DNA from: Allobaculum fili
GTDB lineage: Bacteria; Bacillota_I; Bacilli_A; Erysipelotrichales; Erysipelotrichaceae
Assembly (NCBI RefSeq): GCF_020969955.1
Contig: NZ_JAHDSX010000001.1
Coordinates: 1 to 32,000 of the forward strand
Length of the DNA stretch: 32,000 bases
Reading direction: 5' to 3'
Part shown: one piece after another, positions 1 through 7,993 of the stretch
How the letters are laid out: each line of letters opens with the position of its first letter
How positions within the stretch are numbered: position 1 is the stretch's first letter
Made by a program: the position numbers and the translations under genes
Notes under the pieces: generated by a model
Databases searched by the model: none
Seen by the model: the letters and a program-made list of their open reading frames with translations, nothing else
Told to the model about the DNA's origin: nothing

Positions 1-731
1 TCAAGCTCAACGGAAATTTCGTCCATCGCTTCTTGAAGGTAATGAATTCTTTCGGCGACAGCCGGCACCTGAGCCAGCTGCGGATTGTTCTGAATAGCCT
101 GAATCACCTCTTCGCAATAGGAAACGGCGTCTTCAACCAGTCCGGAATTTGCCTTCTTCTTCGAAGGCATCTGTTCTGTCAGGGAAGAATCAAAAGAATA
201 AGCTGTTTTTCGCACAGCCTTGCAGCGTTTGAGAAGCTCTTCTCTGGGAGAGATATGTCTAAAACGAGAGTTTGAATGCGTTGAATCTACAATGATTCCA
301 TTTTTCGCGCTCATAACCCCTTTTTCCAGTGCCAGATCGACCGATCTTTTGATGAGGTCATCAAGAACAAGGTCCTGTGGGAGACGAGTAGAGCGAAATT
401 TGGAAAGAAGAGAGGGATCGATAATCTTCGTCTCTTCAGGATCCAGACCAAGAAAGAACTTCATTTCGAGGTCGAAGGTTGCCTTATGGATCAAATCACG
501 ATCGGAGAGCAAGTGAGCGGCTTTAAGAAGCAAAAGCTTAAGCATAAATTCAGGATCGACCGCCGTTCTTCCATAATCCTGTGTATAGTTCTCGCCAACG
601 ATGTCCCGAATAAAGGAAAAATCGACATTTTCCTTAAGCATTCGCCAGAAGTTCGTTTTGGGAATCAAAATGTCGTAAAGATCAAGGTAAGGGCTGTAGC
701 TAAGAGTCAGAGTATTCGAGTTATTCAGCAT
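1..731 (-). CDS. IS1182-family (IS5-like DDE) transposase, N-terminal ~243 codons; the 3' part lies beyond the left window edge
   Basis: Absent from the ORF track because it runs off the edge. Hand translation of the reverse strand from the ATG at 731-729 gives MLNNSNTLTLSYSPYLDLYDILIPKTNFWRMLKENVDFSFIRDIVGENYTQDYGRTAVDPEFMLKLLLLKAAHLLSDRDLIHKATFDLEMKFFLGLDPEE..IDPSLLSKFRSTRL. This matches the InsH/DUF772-type N-terminal region of IS1182/IS5 transposases. An alternative ATG lies at 743. Confidence 0.8.
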   Translation of the reverse strand, partial: MLNNSNTLTLSYSPYLDLYDILIPKTNFWRMLKENVDFSFIRDIVGENYTQDYGRTAVDPEFMLKLLLLKAAHLLSDRDLIHKATFDLEMKFFLGLDPEETKIIDPSLLSKFRSTRLPQDLVLDDLIKRSVDLALEKGVMSAKNGIIVDSTHSNSRFRHISPREELLKRCKAVRKTAYSFDSSLTEQMPSKKKANSGLVEDAVSYCEEVIQAIQNNPQLAQVPAVAERIHYLQEAMDEISVEL

Positions 732-810
732 AAACTTCACCATCCTATAAATACTATATAATAATATATAATAAAATTAATTCTAAATATTAATAAATTC
801 TATCATCGGT
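1..810 (-). mobile_element. Right-hand part of an IS1182-like insertion sequence (end position approximate)
   Basis: Transposase 5' end followed by a very AT-rich ~70 nt (744-810). Terminal inverted repeats cannot be verified because the other end is outside the window. Confidence 0.5.
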
Positions 811-1336
811 GCGGATACTCCAGGCAAATAAAAATTCCGACATACAATTTACTTATGTATGCCGGAATTTAAAGAGACTTTTTCAGCAGCCTCGCAGCTG
901 GCCATTTTTTTGCACCTCCAGAACGCAGGACCAATATAAAATCGGATTTATCTTCTCTTACGAGCGGCAGATCCGGTTTTTGTTTAGCACAGAAAACCCA
1001 AATGGGTGCGGCGGCCTGAGGGGACCAAAAAAGGACAGAGTGTTCGAAAAAGAGGCAATTGAAAAGGCTGCACGCCATTTGGATCGTCTGCCCAAAAAGG
1101 CAGAGGCATGATCCTGGAGGGGAAAGAATGAAAATGACTCCGGTGCTTAAGGACCTGTGTAAATCTTCCATCCGGGTATGGGCCAGATACAAAAATTCAA
1201 CAGATTTGAGCCATCTCTTTCTTCGTCAGTATCTGAAAAAGACTGGGTAAGGAAAAGCAAAATGCCCAAAGATTCCAGTGCATGCTTATGACGGCAAACC
1301 GATGCATCCGTTTTGAAAAAGAGATGGATCGTATAA

Positions 1337-1837
1337 ATGGACATGGGAAGACTGTATAAAAACATTGGATTTTTTCTGTTTGCCGGACTGCTTGGGATGG
1401 CATTGGTTGGACGGAATACGCCCGTCTTTCTCTCACGCCAAAAACCGGAAACCATAGAAGTCCAGATTGAAGGCGAAGTGCTCCATCCGGGTCTGTATTC
1501 GATCCCAAACGGATCTTCAATCCAGGATCTGATCGCGGTCGCCGGCGGTCTGAAAGACAGTGCGGATCCAGACGACTGGCCGCTTGGACGGGAAGTGCGT
1601 TCTCAGGAAGTGATTTTCATACGGGCGAAAACGGAATCCGGCCAGCCTGATCGAATCAGCATCAATACCGCCGATCAAAACGAGCTCATGGAACTGCCGG
1701 GCATTGGAGAAGCAAGCGCCAGCCGGATTCTCGCCTATCGTGAACTGCATCCTTTCACCTGCGTCGAAGAGCTGATGAACGTTCCGGGTATCGGTCAGAA
1801 AAAGTATGAAAAGCTTCGCGATCGGATTCGTCTGTAA
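1337..1837 (+). CDS. comEA: ComEA-family DNA receptor, intact paralog not followed by comEC
   Basis: 166 aa with an N-terminal hydrophobic anchor (IGFFLFAGLLGMALVG), a 'SIQDLIAVAGG' segment, and C-terminal tandem helix-hairpin-helix motifs (LMELPGIGEASASRILAYRE...LMNVPGIGQKKYEKLRDRIRL). It aligns along its full length with the comEA at 11218 and is clearly diverged from it. Confidence 0.85.
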   Translation: MDMGRLYKNIGFFLFAGLLGMALVGRNTPVFLSRQKPETIEVQIEGEVLHPGLYSIPNGSSIQDLIAVAGGLKDSADPDDWPLGREVRSQEVIFIRAKTESGQPDRISINTADQNELMELPGIGEASASRILAYRELHPFTCVEELMNVPGIGQKKYEKLRDRIRL

Positions 1838-2075
1838 CAGAAGCGGAAAAAGGTCGAAAACAGGAACACGGGGCTCGAAGTTCGGAAAAATCAGGGGCTT
1901 TCTGAGGGGAATTTCAGGACGCAAACCAAGTGAAATCGCTTAACTCGAAACACAAAAAGCGGAAAAGGGGACAAGAGTCCGTATGTCTATACATACCTTG
2001 CCTGCATAATCAGGAGCCAGCTCTAATCATGCTATCGTGGAGATATGCATTACTTGACAAAGGAGGAGAAACAGC

Positions 2076-2969
2076 ATGAACAAACTGTTGTCATCTTTGG
2101 CGGTCCTGTCGCTTGACATGGGCAGCCTCATGGCCCCTGTTTACGCGGCTGAGGATTCGCCTCAGGCCGTTCGCCGTACTCCGGCTAAAGAAGAAGATGC
2201 AGATAATGACTTTGAGCTTCTCAACGAAGGTGATAAGTACCTTCGTACTGGAGACAAGCTGAAGCTGGAGTTCACGAAGACGTATTACAAGGGTGTTCCA
2301 GTAGAGTATGACGTTACCTGGGTAAATCGTCCGGGCGTGATTGAGGTCGATGCAGACGGTGTGCTGCACGTCGAGAAGGCTGGTAACTACTATATGTACT
2401 ATGGACTGGAATATTCGAAGGAAACCTGTGAACGGTTTAAAAATGATGGGCTGCCAGCACTTGTGGATATGAACTTTTTCATGAACTTTGTGGTATCGGA
2501 CGATCCGTTTGTTTTCCGCCTGTATAACCCGAATTCAGGCGAGCATTTTTACACTTCCGATAAGAAAGAACGCCAGTTTCTGATTGATCAGGGCTGGCAA
2601 GGCGAAGGCTATGGCTGGCTGGGATCGGACACGTCCAGACAGCCGGTCTATCGTCTCTATGATCCAAATGCCGGCGATCATCATTTCACAATGGATAAAA
2701 AAGAATACGATGCGCTTGGCAAACTTGGCTGGACCCAGGAAGGAACCGCCTGGTACTGCTCACCTGAGACAGATACGCCAGTCTACCGGCAGTACAACCC
2801 GAACGCACAAGCTGGGCGTCATAACCTCACCTCTAACACGAAGGAAAAAGAGTATCTGATTTCTGTTGGCTGGAAGGACGAAGGCATCGTCTGGTATACA
2901 CCGGTTATTGCCTACTCGGACATAGATCTGGACTGGCTTGAAGAGACTCCGCCTATGGCGCATAACTAA
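2076..2969 (+). CDS. Secreted protein with three C-terminal 'YRLYNPN-G-HFYT...GW..EG..W' repeats (DUF5648-like)
   Basis: Strong SD (aaaggaggag) 5 nt upstream of the ATG. Signal-peptide-like N-terminus (MNKLLSSLAVLSLDMGSLMAPVYAAED). Three ~40-aa repeats, the third with an insertion, in the same order as at the C-terminus of the 17779-20973 protein. Confidence 0.85.
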   Translation: MNKLLSSLAVLSLDMGSLMAPVYAAEDSPQAVRRTPAKEEDADNDFELLNEGDKYLRTGDKLKLEFTKTYYKGVPVEYDVTWVNRPGVIEVDADGVLHVEKAGNYYMYYGLEYSKETCERFKNDGLPALVDMNFFMNFVVSDDPFVFRLYNPNSGEHFYTSDKKERQFLIDQGWQGEGYGWLGSDTSRQPVYRLYDPNAGDHHFTMDKKEYDALGKLGWTQEGTAWYCSPETDTPVYRQYNPNAQAGRHNLTSNTKEKEYLISVGWKDEGIVWYTPVIAYSDIDLDWLEETPPMAHN

Positions 2970-3050
2970 CCAAAATAAACAAACAGCCAATTGAAAAAAT
3001 TCCGAAGCGCCGGATTTACTGGCGTACTTCCATTCCGTCTGGCAAAAGCC

Positions 3051-3128
3051 AGTCCTGGGATCTTTCTGATTTTCATGGGGATTTACCTTGAAGAAAACCA
3101 GAATCGGTCCGTACAGGACTGTTTTTTT
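3051..3128 (+). terminator. Possible long-hairpin intrinsic terminator after the secreted protein gene
   Basis: Outer arms agtcctg (3051-3057) and caggact (3114-3120), with further partial inner pairing (ctgattttc / gaaaaccag), followed by a T7 run (3122-3128). Confidence 0.4.
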
Positions 3129-3721
3129 CATGTGGTAAAACTCACGTCCTCACTTGTCCCGTAACTTAATAGAATGAATAGCTCGTATCCTCCTCATTTT
3201 ATGGTTAGAGATGGATCCTTCTGCACCAACTCGCTTGCGGGACTAGAAGTGTTTCTTGCTGCGTTTGAAAAGGAACTGACGAGATGGTCGGTTTGCGCAG
3301 ACAGTCTTCTGCAGCTTCGAATAATGTAATACTGCTGATCTTTTCCGCGAAGCCGGCCAGTGCCATCCAAACGGTCATCACGATTTCATAAGTATTCAGT
3401 AACAGTATAGCCAGTGGTTTACGTTACTACCTGTCAGGTAAATCGGACTTCCTGATTCTTGTTTCTGGATTGGTTGTGAACCTTGGTAAGGCTTATCCTA
3501 CCCAGACTTGCTACTAAATATAAAAAACTGACGATCAGTTCGTCAGAAGACGGTGCAGAAAATTATGGGGCAGCTGATTCTGGTTTTGCTCTGAGAGTTA
3601 TGGTCCCTCTCAGGGACTTTGGAGGACCACTTTGCGATCTGACGGAACTTTCTGGAGACCGGATTCATAAGACACCTTATTTCTCGCTCAGGATGGGATT
3701 ATCCATGCTGAGGTGATGAAT

Positions 3722-4318
3722 ATGAATTATGCCTATCTTCGCGTTTCCACAAAGGATCAGTGTGAAGACCGACAGATGGATGCACTAACGGGTATGGACA
3801 TCGATCGAGTATTTCTCGATAAAGCCTCCTGTAAAAACTTCGAAAGACCCGAATACCAGAAACTTCTTAGCGTACTGAAGCCAGGGGATTTGCTGGTCAT
3901 CCACAGTATTGACCGGCTCGGCCGGAACTTTGAAGAAATACTGGAGCAGTGGCGGCTGCTGACCAGGGAATATCACGTTCATATCTTTGTGATCACAATG
4001 CCGCTTCTGGATACCCGAAAAGAGAACGATCTGATTGGATCGCTCATCAGCAATCTGGTTCTCCAGCTGCTCTCCTTCGTGGCAGAAACGGAACGAAACG
4101 CCATCAAAGAACGGCAGAAAGAAGGAATTGCCGCCGCCAAAGCCAGAGGAAAAGCCTTTGGGTGGCCAAGAAAGCCGATTCCGCAGAACTTTGAATACGT
4201 GGTATGTCAGTGGGAAAAGAAAGAATTATCCCTGAATGAAGCTCTGGAGCAGTCGGGAATGAAAAAAACAACCTTCTACAGAAGGTATCGAGAATATAAA
4301 AACGGTTCCATAAGGTAG
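3722..4318 (+). CDS. Small serine recombinase (resolvase/invertase family) with C-terminal HTH
   Basis: 198 aa. N-terminal 'MNYAYLRVSTKDQ..DRQ' catalytic-serine motif, 'IHSIDRLGRN' and 'ETERNAIKERQKEGIAAAKARG', then a short C-terminal helical DNA-binding-like tail. SD gctgagg lies upstream of the ATG at 3722; the ORF track starts at GTG 3713. Confidence 0.9.
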   Translation: MNYAYLRVSTKDQCEDRQMDALTGMDIDRVFLDKASCKNFERPEYQKLLSVLKPGDLLVIHSIDRLGRNFEEILEQWRLLTREYHVHIFVITMPLLDTRKENDLIGSLISNLVLQLLSFVAETERNAIKERQKEGIAAAKARGKAFGWPRKPIPQNFEYVVCQWEKKELSLNEALEQSGMKKTTFYRRYREYKNGSIR

Positions 4319-4345
4319 ACCTTTTGGAACCGCTTTTCTTTTCAA
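4303..4345 (+). terminator. Intrinsic terminator overlapping the recombinase stop codon
   Basis: 8-bp stem cggttcca (4303-4310) / tggaaccg (4325-4332), followed by cttttcttttc. Confidence 0.6.
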
Positions 4346-4625
4346 TAATTATATCCGCCTCGATTTTCGGGACAATATCGGCCTCGAAAATTACCAATTC
4401 ACTCCCAAATCGCAATCGTAATGTGCAACTGCCATTACCTTATTCTGGAAAAAGAAGAAAGTTCAAAAAGTCTAAGTTATGACACGTTTTTTATTTTGCT
4501 ATCTGATCTTTTTTTAACGGATTTCTTGTTTTCTAAGGGTAGTGCGAAGGAACTTATCTATGAAGGAAACAGCCTTTAATCGAGGGTAGAGCCATTACCT
4601 GAAAGTTGAAAAGAAAGAGAACGAA

Positions 4626-4893
4626 ATTGAAGGACAGAGACTTGTATATCGGGATATGAAATGACTGAAGAAAATGTGAGGAGCGCTGTGTCTTTGCACC
4701 CTGCTGCTTTTGTCGTCTTCGGGAGGACTTTTTCCCATGCGGTTAGAAAAGCAGGCGCCCGATACGATTCAGGCAGAAATCAAAGTCAAAGCCGCCCGCC
4801 CGGATGTGTACACGATAAAAAATGGTGCGACGATCCAGGATCTGATTGTGGCCGCCGGCGGGGAAACCGAAGGCGTCGATCTTTCGCGCATTT
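4626..4893 (+). repeat. Left copy of a 268-bp diverged direct repeat (comEA upstream region plus first ~79 codons)
   Basis: Gap-free hand alignment with 11188-11455 at a constant offset of 6562 bp: 24/30 identical upstream of the ATG and 197/238 identical from the ATG onward. The longest identical block is aagcaggcgcccgatacgatt (21 nt). Confidence 0.9.
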
Positions 4894-4895
4894 AA
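4656..4895 (+). pseudogene. Truncated, inactivated comEA 5' fragment
   Basis: Same frame as comEA at 11218, but codon 3 is TGA (TGG in the intact copy) and codon 8 is TGA. Homology stops after ...DLSR, with an immediate TAA at 4893-4895. Track ORFs 4661-4936 and 4710-4895 are pieces of this remnant. Confidence 0.85.
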
Positions 4896-5269
4896 GGAAA
4901 TTGAAATGTCTGGAATACCGTCTGAGACTCGCCTGACTAGTTTAGAACGAGAATTTGGAAGATGGATTTCATCGATCTCCATGCCTGTTAAAAAACAAAA
5001 CCATAGTAGATTATCTTGATTGAAGAATGAAACGCAACGATTTTGATGGAAGGACTAAACGCAATGAAGAAGGACCCAAAAGCGGCGTTTACATGTTCAA
5101 TTCATTAAAAATCCAGCAATCTCTTTCAAAATAAAAAAATATTATGAAATTCATTATGAATGGTAATAAGTTAAATATATTCGAACCGCTTTCAAACCTG
5201 TGTTGAATCGGTTGTACTTTGGCTTGCAAGGGTTACTAAGGCAGGCGCGTTTCAAAGGGAGAGGAAATA

Positions 5270-7015
5270 ATGGCTGACAGAATCATTCAGACTGCAGATC
5301 TTTCCACCATTGGAAAGAATTTAGAGGTTCTTAGTGACGGGATTCGCGTCGTTCATGAAGATGTAGTGACGACGAACAAACACGTTATGAACGTCGATTC
5401 AAACGTACGCGTGGTATACGACGAAGTAGAGAAACTAAAGGGAGAATTTCTCAAGTACGTAGATGCTCAGCTGAAGGCGAATCGCCTGCAGCAGGCAAGA
5501 ACTACGATCATTTCCATTCGTCAGGAACTGGAAAAAGAATACGGACATTACGATGAAGTTCGGCGCAGCTGTATCGGAATTTTACAGGCGACCGACCTTG
5601 ATCTGGTCCGAAAAGGAACAATTTCTACAATTTCTGAAAATTTACTGGTAGAGGCGCCCCGCTACTGGCTGGCACCGTGTCTGGTTGCCTTAGCCGCCTG
5701 GATTTCGGATGACAAACCCCTGGCGGATAGAGCGGTTAAGGAAGCGATTCACCGAGATGATGAGAAAACTTCACTGTTTTTCTCGCTTGTAACGCGCAGA
5801 GCTGACCGCAAACAGGCGACGCTCCAGTGGGTAAGCCGATTCATGGAAAATCAGGATTCTGAAAACCTGAATCGTAATGCGGTTATTATTCTGGATGCTT
5901 ATGCGAGCGGGCTTCTTGGGCAGGATACAAAAGGTCTGGTTACAGCGCAAATGGAAAAGTGGCTGAATCACCTGAAGGATAAACCTGGATTTGTCGAAAC
6001 ACAGCGTAAGAACTGGGCATCCGCAATTTTGCTGAAGAAAAAGAAATATGCGGGAAAGGGATATACGTATCTGCCTGCCTGTTCTTCCACCTGGCCTCAG
6101 CTTAGCGATGTGATGGCTGGCGCCATACTGAACACAACGATTTATAACTATTTTGACAGCATTTATAAAAAGCAATCATCAACGGAATCTCTCAAGGAAC
6201 AGCTGGATCAGATTCTGGAAACTCTGGTTACCGAGTTCGATGAAGAAGAACTGCCCTGGAGAAAGAAGGAAAAGTTTGAACAGCTGATTATCGATAATGG
6301 CGGGGACGAAAAACTCGCTCAGAAGAAAATGAAGATCGAGGAAACGGCCTTCGAGGAGAAGAAGGATTTCACTCAGCTGCTGACCGATTCGGCAATGAAG
6401 CCGGAAATTTCCCATGCGTCCCCTTCCACCCAGAAGTTCGCTATTTCGCTGTCTAAAGAATGGATTCTTGAAGGATATCAGGATGTTGTGGCAGGAAATC
6501 GAGCGAACGTTCCTGATGAGATCAATTTATCGGTCGATGGATATTCCTGCTCAACAAGAGACGGGGAGAATGAAAACGAATTGATCGAGGGCTTAAAAAA
6601 AAATATGGAAACGGTCAGAGCGGAACAGCTTGCCCAGTATGAACTTACAGCTGGGGATACCGTGGCTTTTTACGGCGGGATCGCCATTGCAGTAATTGGC
6701 CTGATCATGCTCGTATCCGGAAGCATGCTGTTCGGTCTGATCGCAGTCATTGCTGGATGCATTCTGGTCGTAAAGCATATCAGCAAAAAGAATGCTGTCG
6801 AAAAAGGCAGAGAAGCAGTTAATCAGCAAATTAATGAGCGTATTGAAAAGGGAACACAGGCTTTACGTGCCCTCTGCGCTGAAGTGGTAGATTTCCGTGC
6901 TGAATTTGCCAAAGAGGATGCAGTGAGTGCTCAGGTTCTGGATTTCCTGGAGGCGATCACTCCAAGCGAATACGTAAAGAATCTTACCGAGAACGGAAAA
7001 TCGGTATTAGTCTAG
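5270..7015 (+). CDS. Cassette gene A: 581-aa coiled-coil/helical protein with a C-proximal transmembrane hairpin, unknown family
   Basis: SD gggagagg upstream of the ATG. Heptad-like helical N-terminus (~100 aa), a helical central domain (APRYWLAPCLVALAAWISDDKPLADRAVKEAI..KTSLFFSLVTRR), a K/E-rich segment, the hydrophobic stretch VAFYGGIAIAVIGLIMLVSGSMLFGLIAVIAGCILVV (about 6662-6772), and an amphipathic C-terminal tail. Confidence 0.85.
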   Translation: MADRIIQTADLSTIGKNLEVLSDGIRVVHEDVVTTNKHVMNVDSNVRVVYDEVEKLKGEFLKYVDAQLKANRLQQARTTIISIRQELEKEYGHYDEVRRSCIGILQATDLDLVRKGTISTISENLLVEAPRYWLAPCLVALAAWISDDKPLADRAVKEAIHRDDEKTSLFFSLVTRRADRKQATLQWVSRFMENQDSENLNRNAVIILDAYASGLLGQDTKGLVTAQMEKWLNHLKDKPGFVETQRKNWASAILLKKKKYAGKGYTYLPACSSTWPQLSDVMAGAILNTTIYNYFDSIYKKQSSTESLKEQLDQILETLVTEFDEEELPWRKKEKFEQLIIDNGGDEKLAQKKMKIEETAFEEKKDFTQLLTDSAMKPEISHASPSTQKFAISLSKEWILEGYQDVVAGNRANVPDEINLSVDGYSCSTRDGENENELIEGLKKNMETVRAEQLAQYELTAGDTVAFYGGIAIAVIGLIMLVSGSMLFGLIAVIAGCILVVKHISKKNAVEKGREAVNQQINERIEKGTQALRALCAEVVDFRAEFAKEDAVSAQVLDFLEAITPSEYVKNLTENGKSVLV

Positions 7016-7032
7016 GAGGATCAGTAATTTAT

Positions 7033-7524
7033 ATGCCGAATAATAGCGTAAATATCTGTCCATTCTGCGGAGCTTCGGTAAACGCGGATTGTATTTTCTG
7101 TACACAATGCGGACATCGACTGACGGAAAATCCTCAGAATGACCAGACAGAGCCGTCCGTAACCGGCGAGGAAGTTCTGGACGCTTTCCCGCAGGTTACA
7201 TTCGAATCCTTACCAGATCTTCAGGAAACGGAAAATCCTTTCCCGGAAGATACCTCCAGCAGTGCTCAGGCGAAGCCGGCAGAAGAAATTGAAGAACCTG
7301 CTGCCTTTGAAGAAGACGCTGCTGTACTTGAATTTGATAATTTCTTTACCGAAAGTCCAAAGCAGGAATCCGCTCCTCAAAAGCCTGTGGGCGAGGCATC
7401 GAATCTTGCCCTGCAATCGATGCTGGATAGCATGGAAAAACAGTCCGCGCTGGCTAAAGGCCTTCCAGACTGGGATATTGAGCCGCCTCATTTGATGATC
7501 AATCGCAAGAAAAGGGATAAGTAA
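7033..7524 (+). CDS. Cassette gene B: zinc-ribbon protein with an acidic disordered linker and a conserved-looking C-terminal motif
   Basis: SD aggagga overlaps the stop of A. N-terminus ICPFCGASVNADCIFCTQCGHRL (CxxC...CxxC). About 90 aa rich in E/P/D/Q. C-terminus ...LALQSMLDSMEKQSALAKGLPDWDIEPPHLMINRKKRDK. Confidence 0.75.
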   Translation: MPNNSVNICPFCGASVNADCIFCTQCGHRLTENPQNDQTEPSVTGEEVLDAFPQVTFESLPDLQETENPFPEDTSSSAQAKPAEEIEEPAAFEEDAAVLEFDNFFTESPKQESAPQKPVGEASNLALQSMLDSMEKQSALAKGLPDWDIEPPHLMINRKKRDK

Positions 7525-7526
7525 GG

Positions 7527-7976
7527 ATGAAAGCGCCGGCTACATATTATGAATGGGTACCTGTCTTTGAAGAACTGAAGCGATGCTCTCGCAATGCAGA
7601 GATTATCGATATTCTTCATAGAGGGACCCTGTCCTGGCAAAGCGGAGTTGCTCAGCGTTTTTCCGAGAAACTGGTAGAAGCTGTAAATTATCGGCTCAAT
7701 GCTGCCAATGACACGTTTTCTCGAAACATGGCCCATGCTTCGGATGAACGAGCCATAATCCAGTCCTTACATACTTTACGTAAAGAGATTGAATTTCTTT
7801 ATCAGGCCGTGAACATTCCAGCGGTGCCGGAAAACTATCGAATTCAGTACATGGATATGATTAAAAAACAGGCAGATACGTTCCAGAGTTCGCTGGAAAA
7901 ATCCGCAAAAAGCGACAGGACCGGAAAGTTGGGATACCTGATTCGAAATAATAAAGTGAACCATTTTAAAGCTTGA
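7527..7976 (+). CDS. Cassette gene C: 149-aa predicted all-helical soluble protein, unknown family
   Basis: Starts 2 nt after the stop of B, suggesting translational coupling. No hydrophobic segments and no motif I recognise. Confidence 0.7.
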   Translation: MKAPATYYEWVPVFEELKRCSRNAEIIDILHRGTLSWQSGVAQRFSEKLVEAVNYRLNAANDTFSRNMAHASDERAIIQSLHTLRKEIEFLYQAVNIPAVPENYRIQYMDMIKKQADTFQSSLEKSAKSDRTGKLGYLIRNNKVNHFKA

Positions 7977-7993
7977 AAGGAAGTAAGAATCAT

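Noticed and set aside
869-1192. 107-aa minus-strand ORF between the IS and comEA paralog 1 as a real gene
   Set aside because: It has no SD, and the N-terminal half is C/F/L-rich junk. Only a faint PRTase-like C-terminal string is present, so I treat it as unassignable or a remnant rather than annotating a CDS.
3190-3400. ~58-codon minus-strand reading frame (..LNTYEIVMTVWMALAGFAEKISSITLFEAAEDCLRKPTISSVPFQTQQETLL..) that looks protein-like
   Set aside because: It is below the ORF-track cutoff, with no start codon in good context and no family I can name. It may be a remnant of a mobile-element gene, but the evidence is insufficient.
3483-3716. 77-aa plus-strand ORF immediately upstream of the recombinase
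   Set aside because: It has a non-ATG start, no SD and unremarkable composition. It is more likely the recombinase leader.
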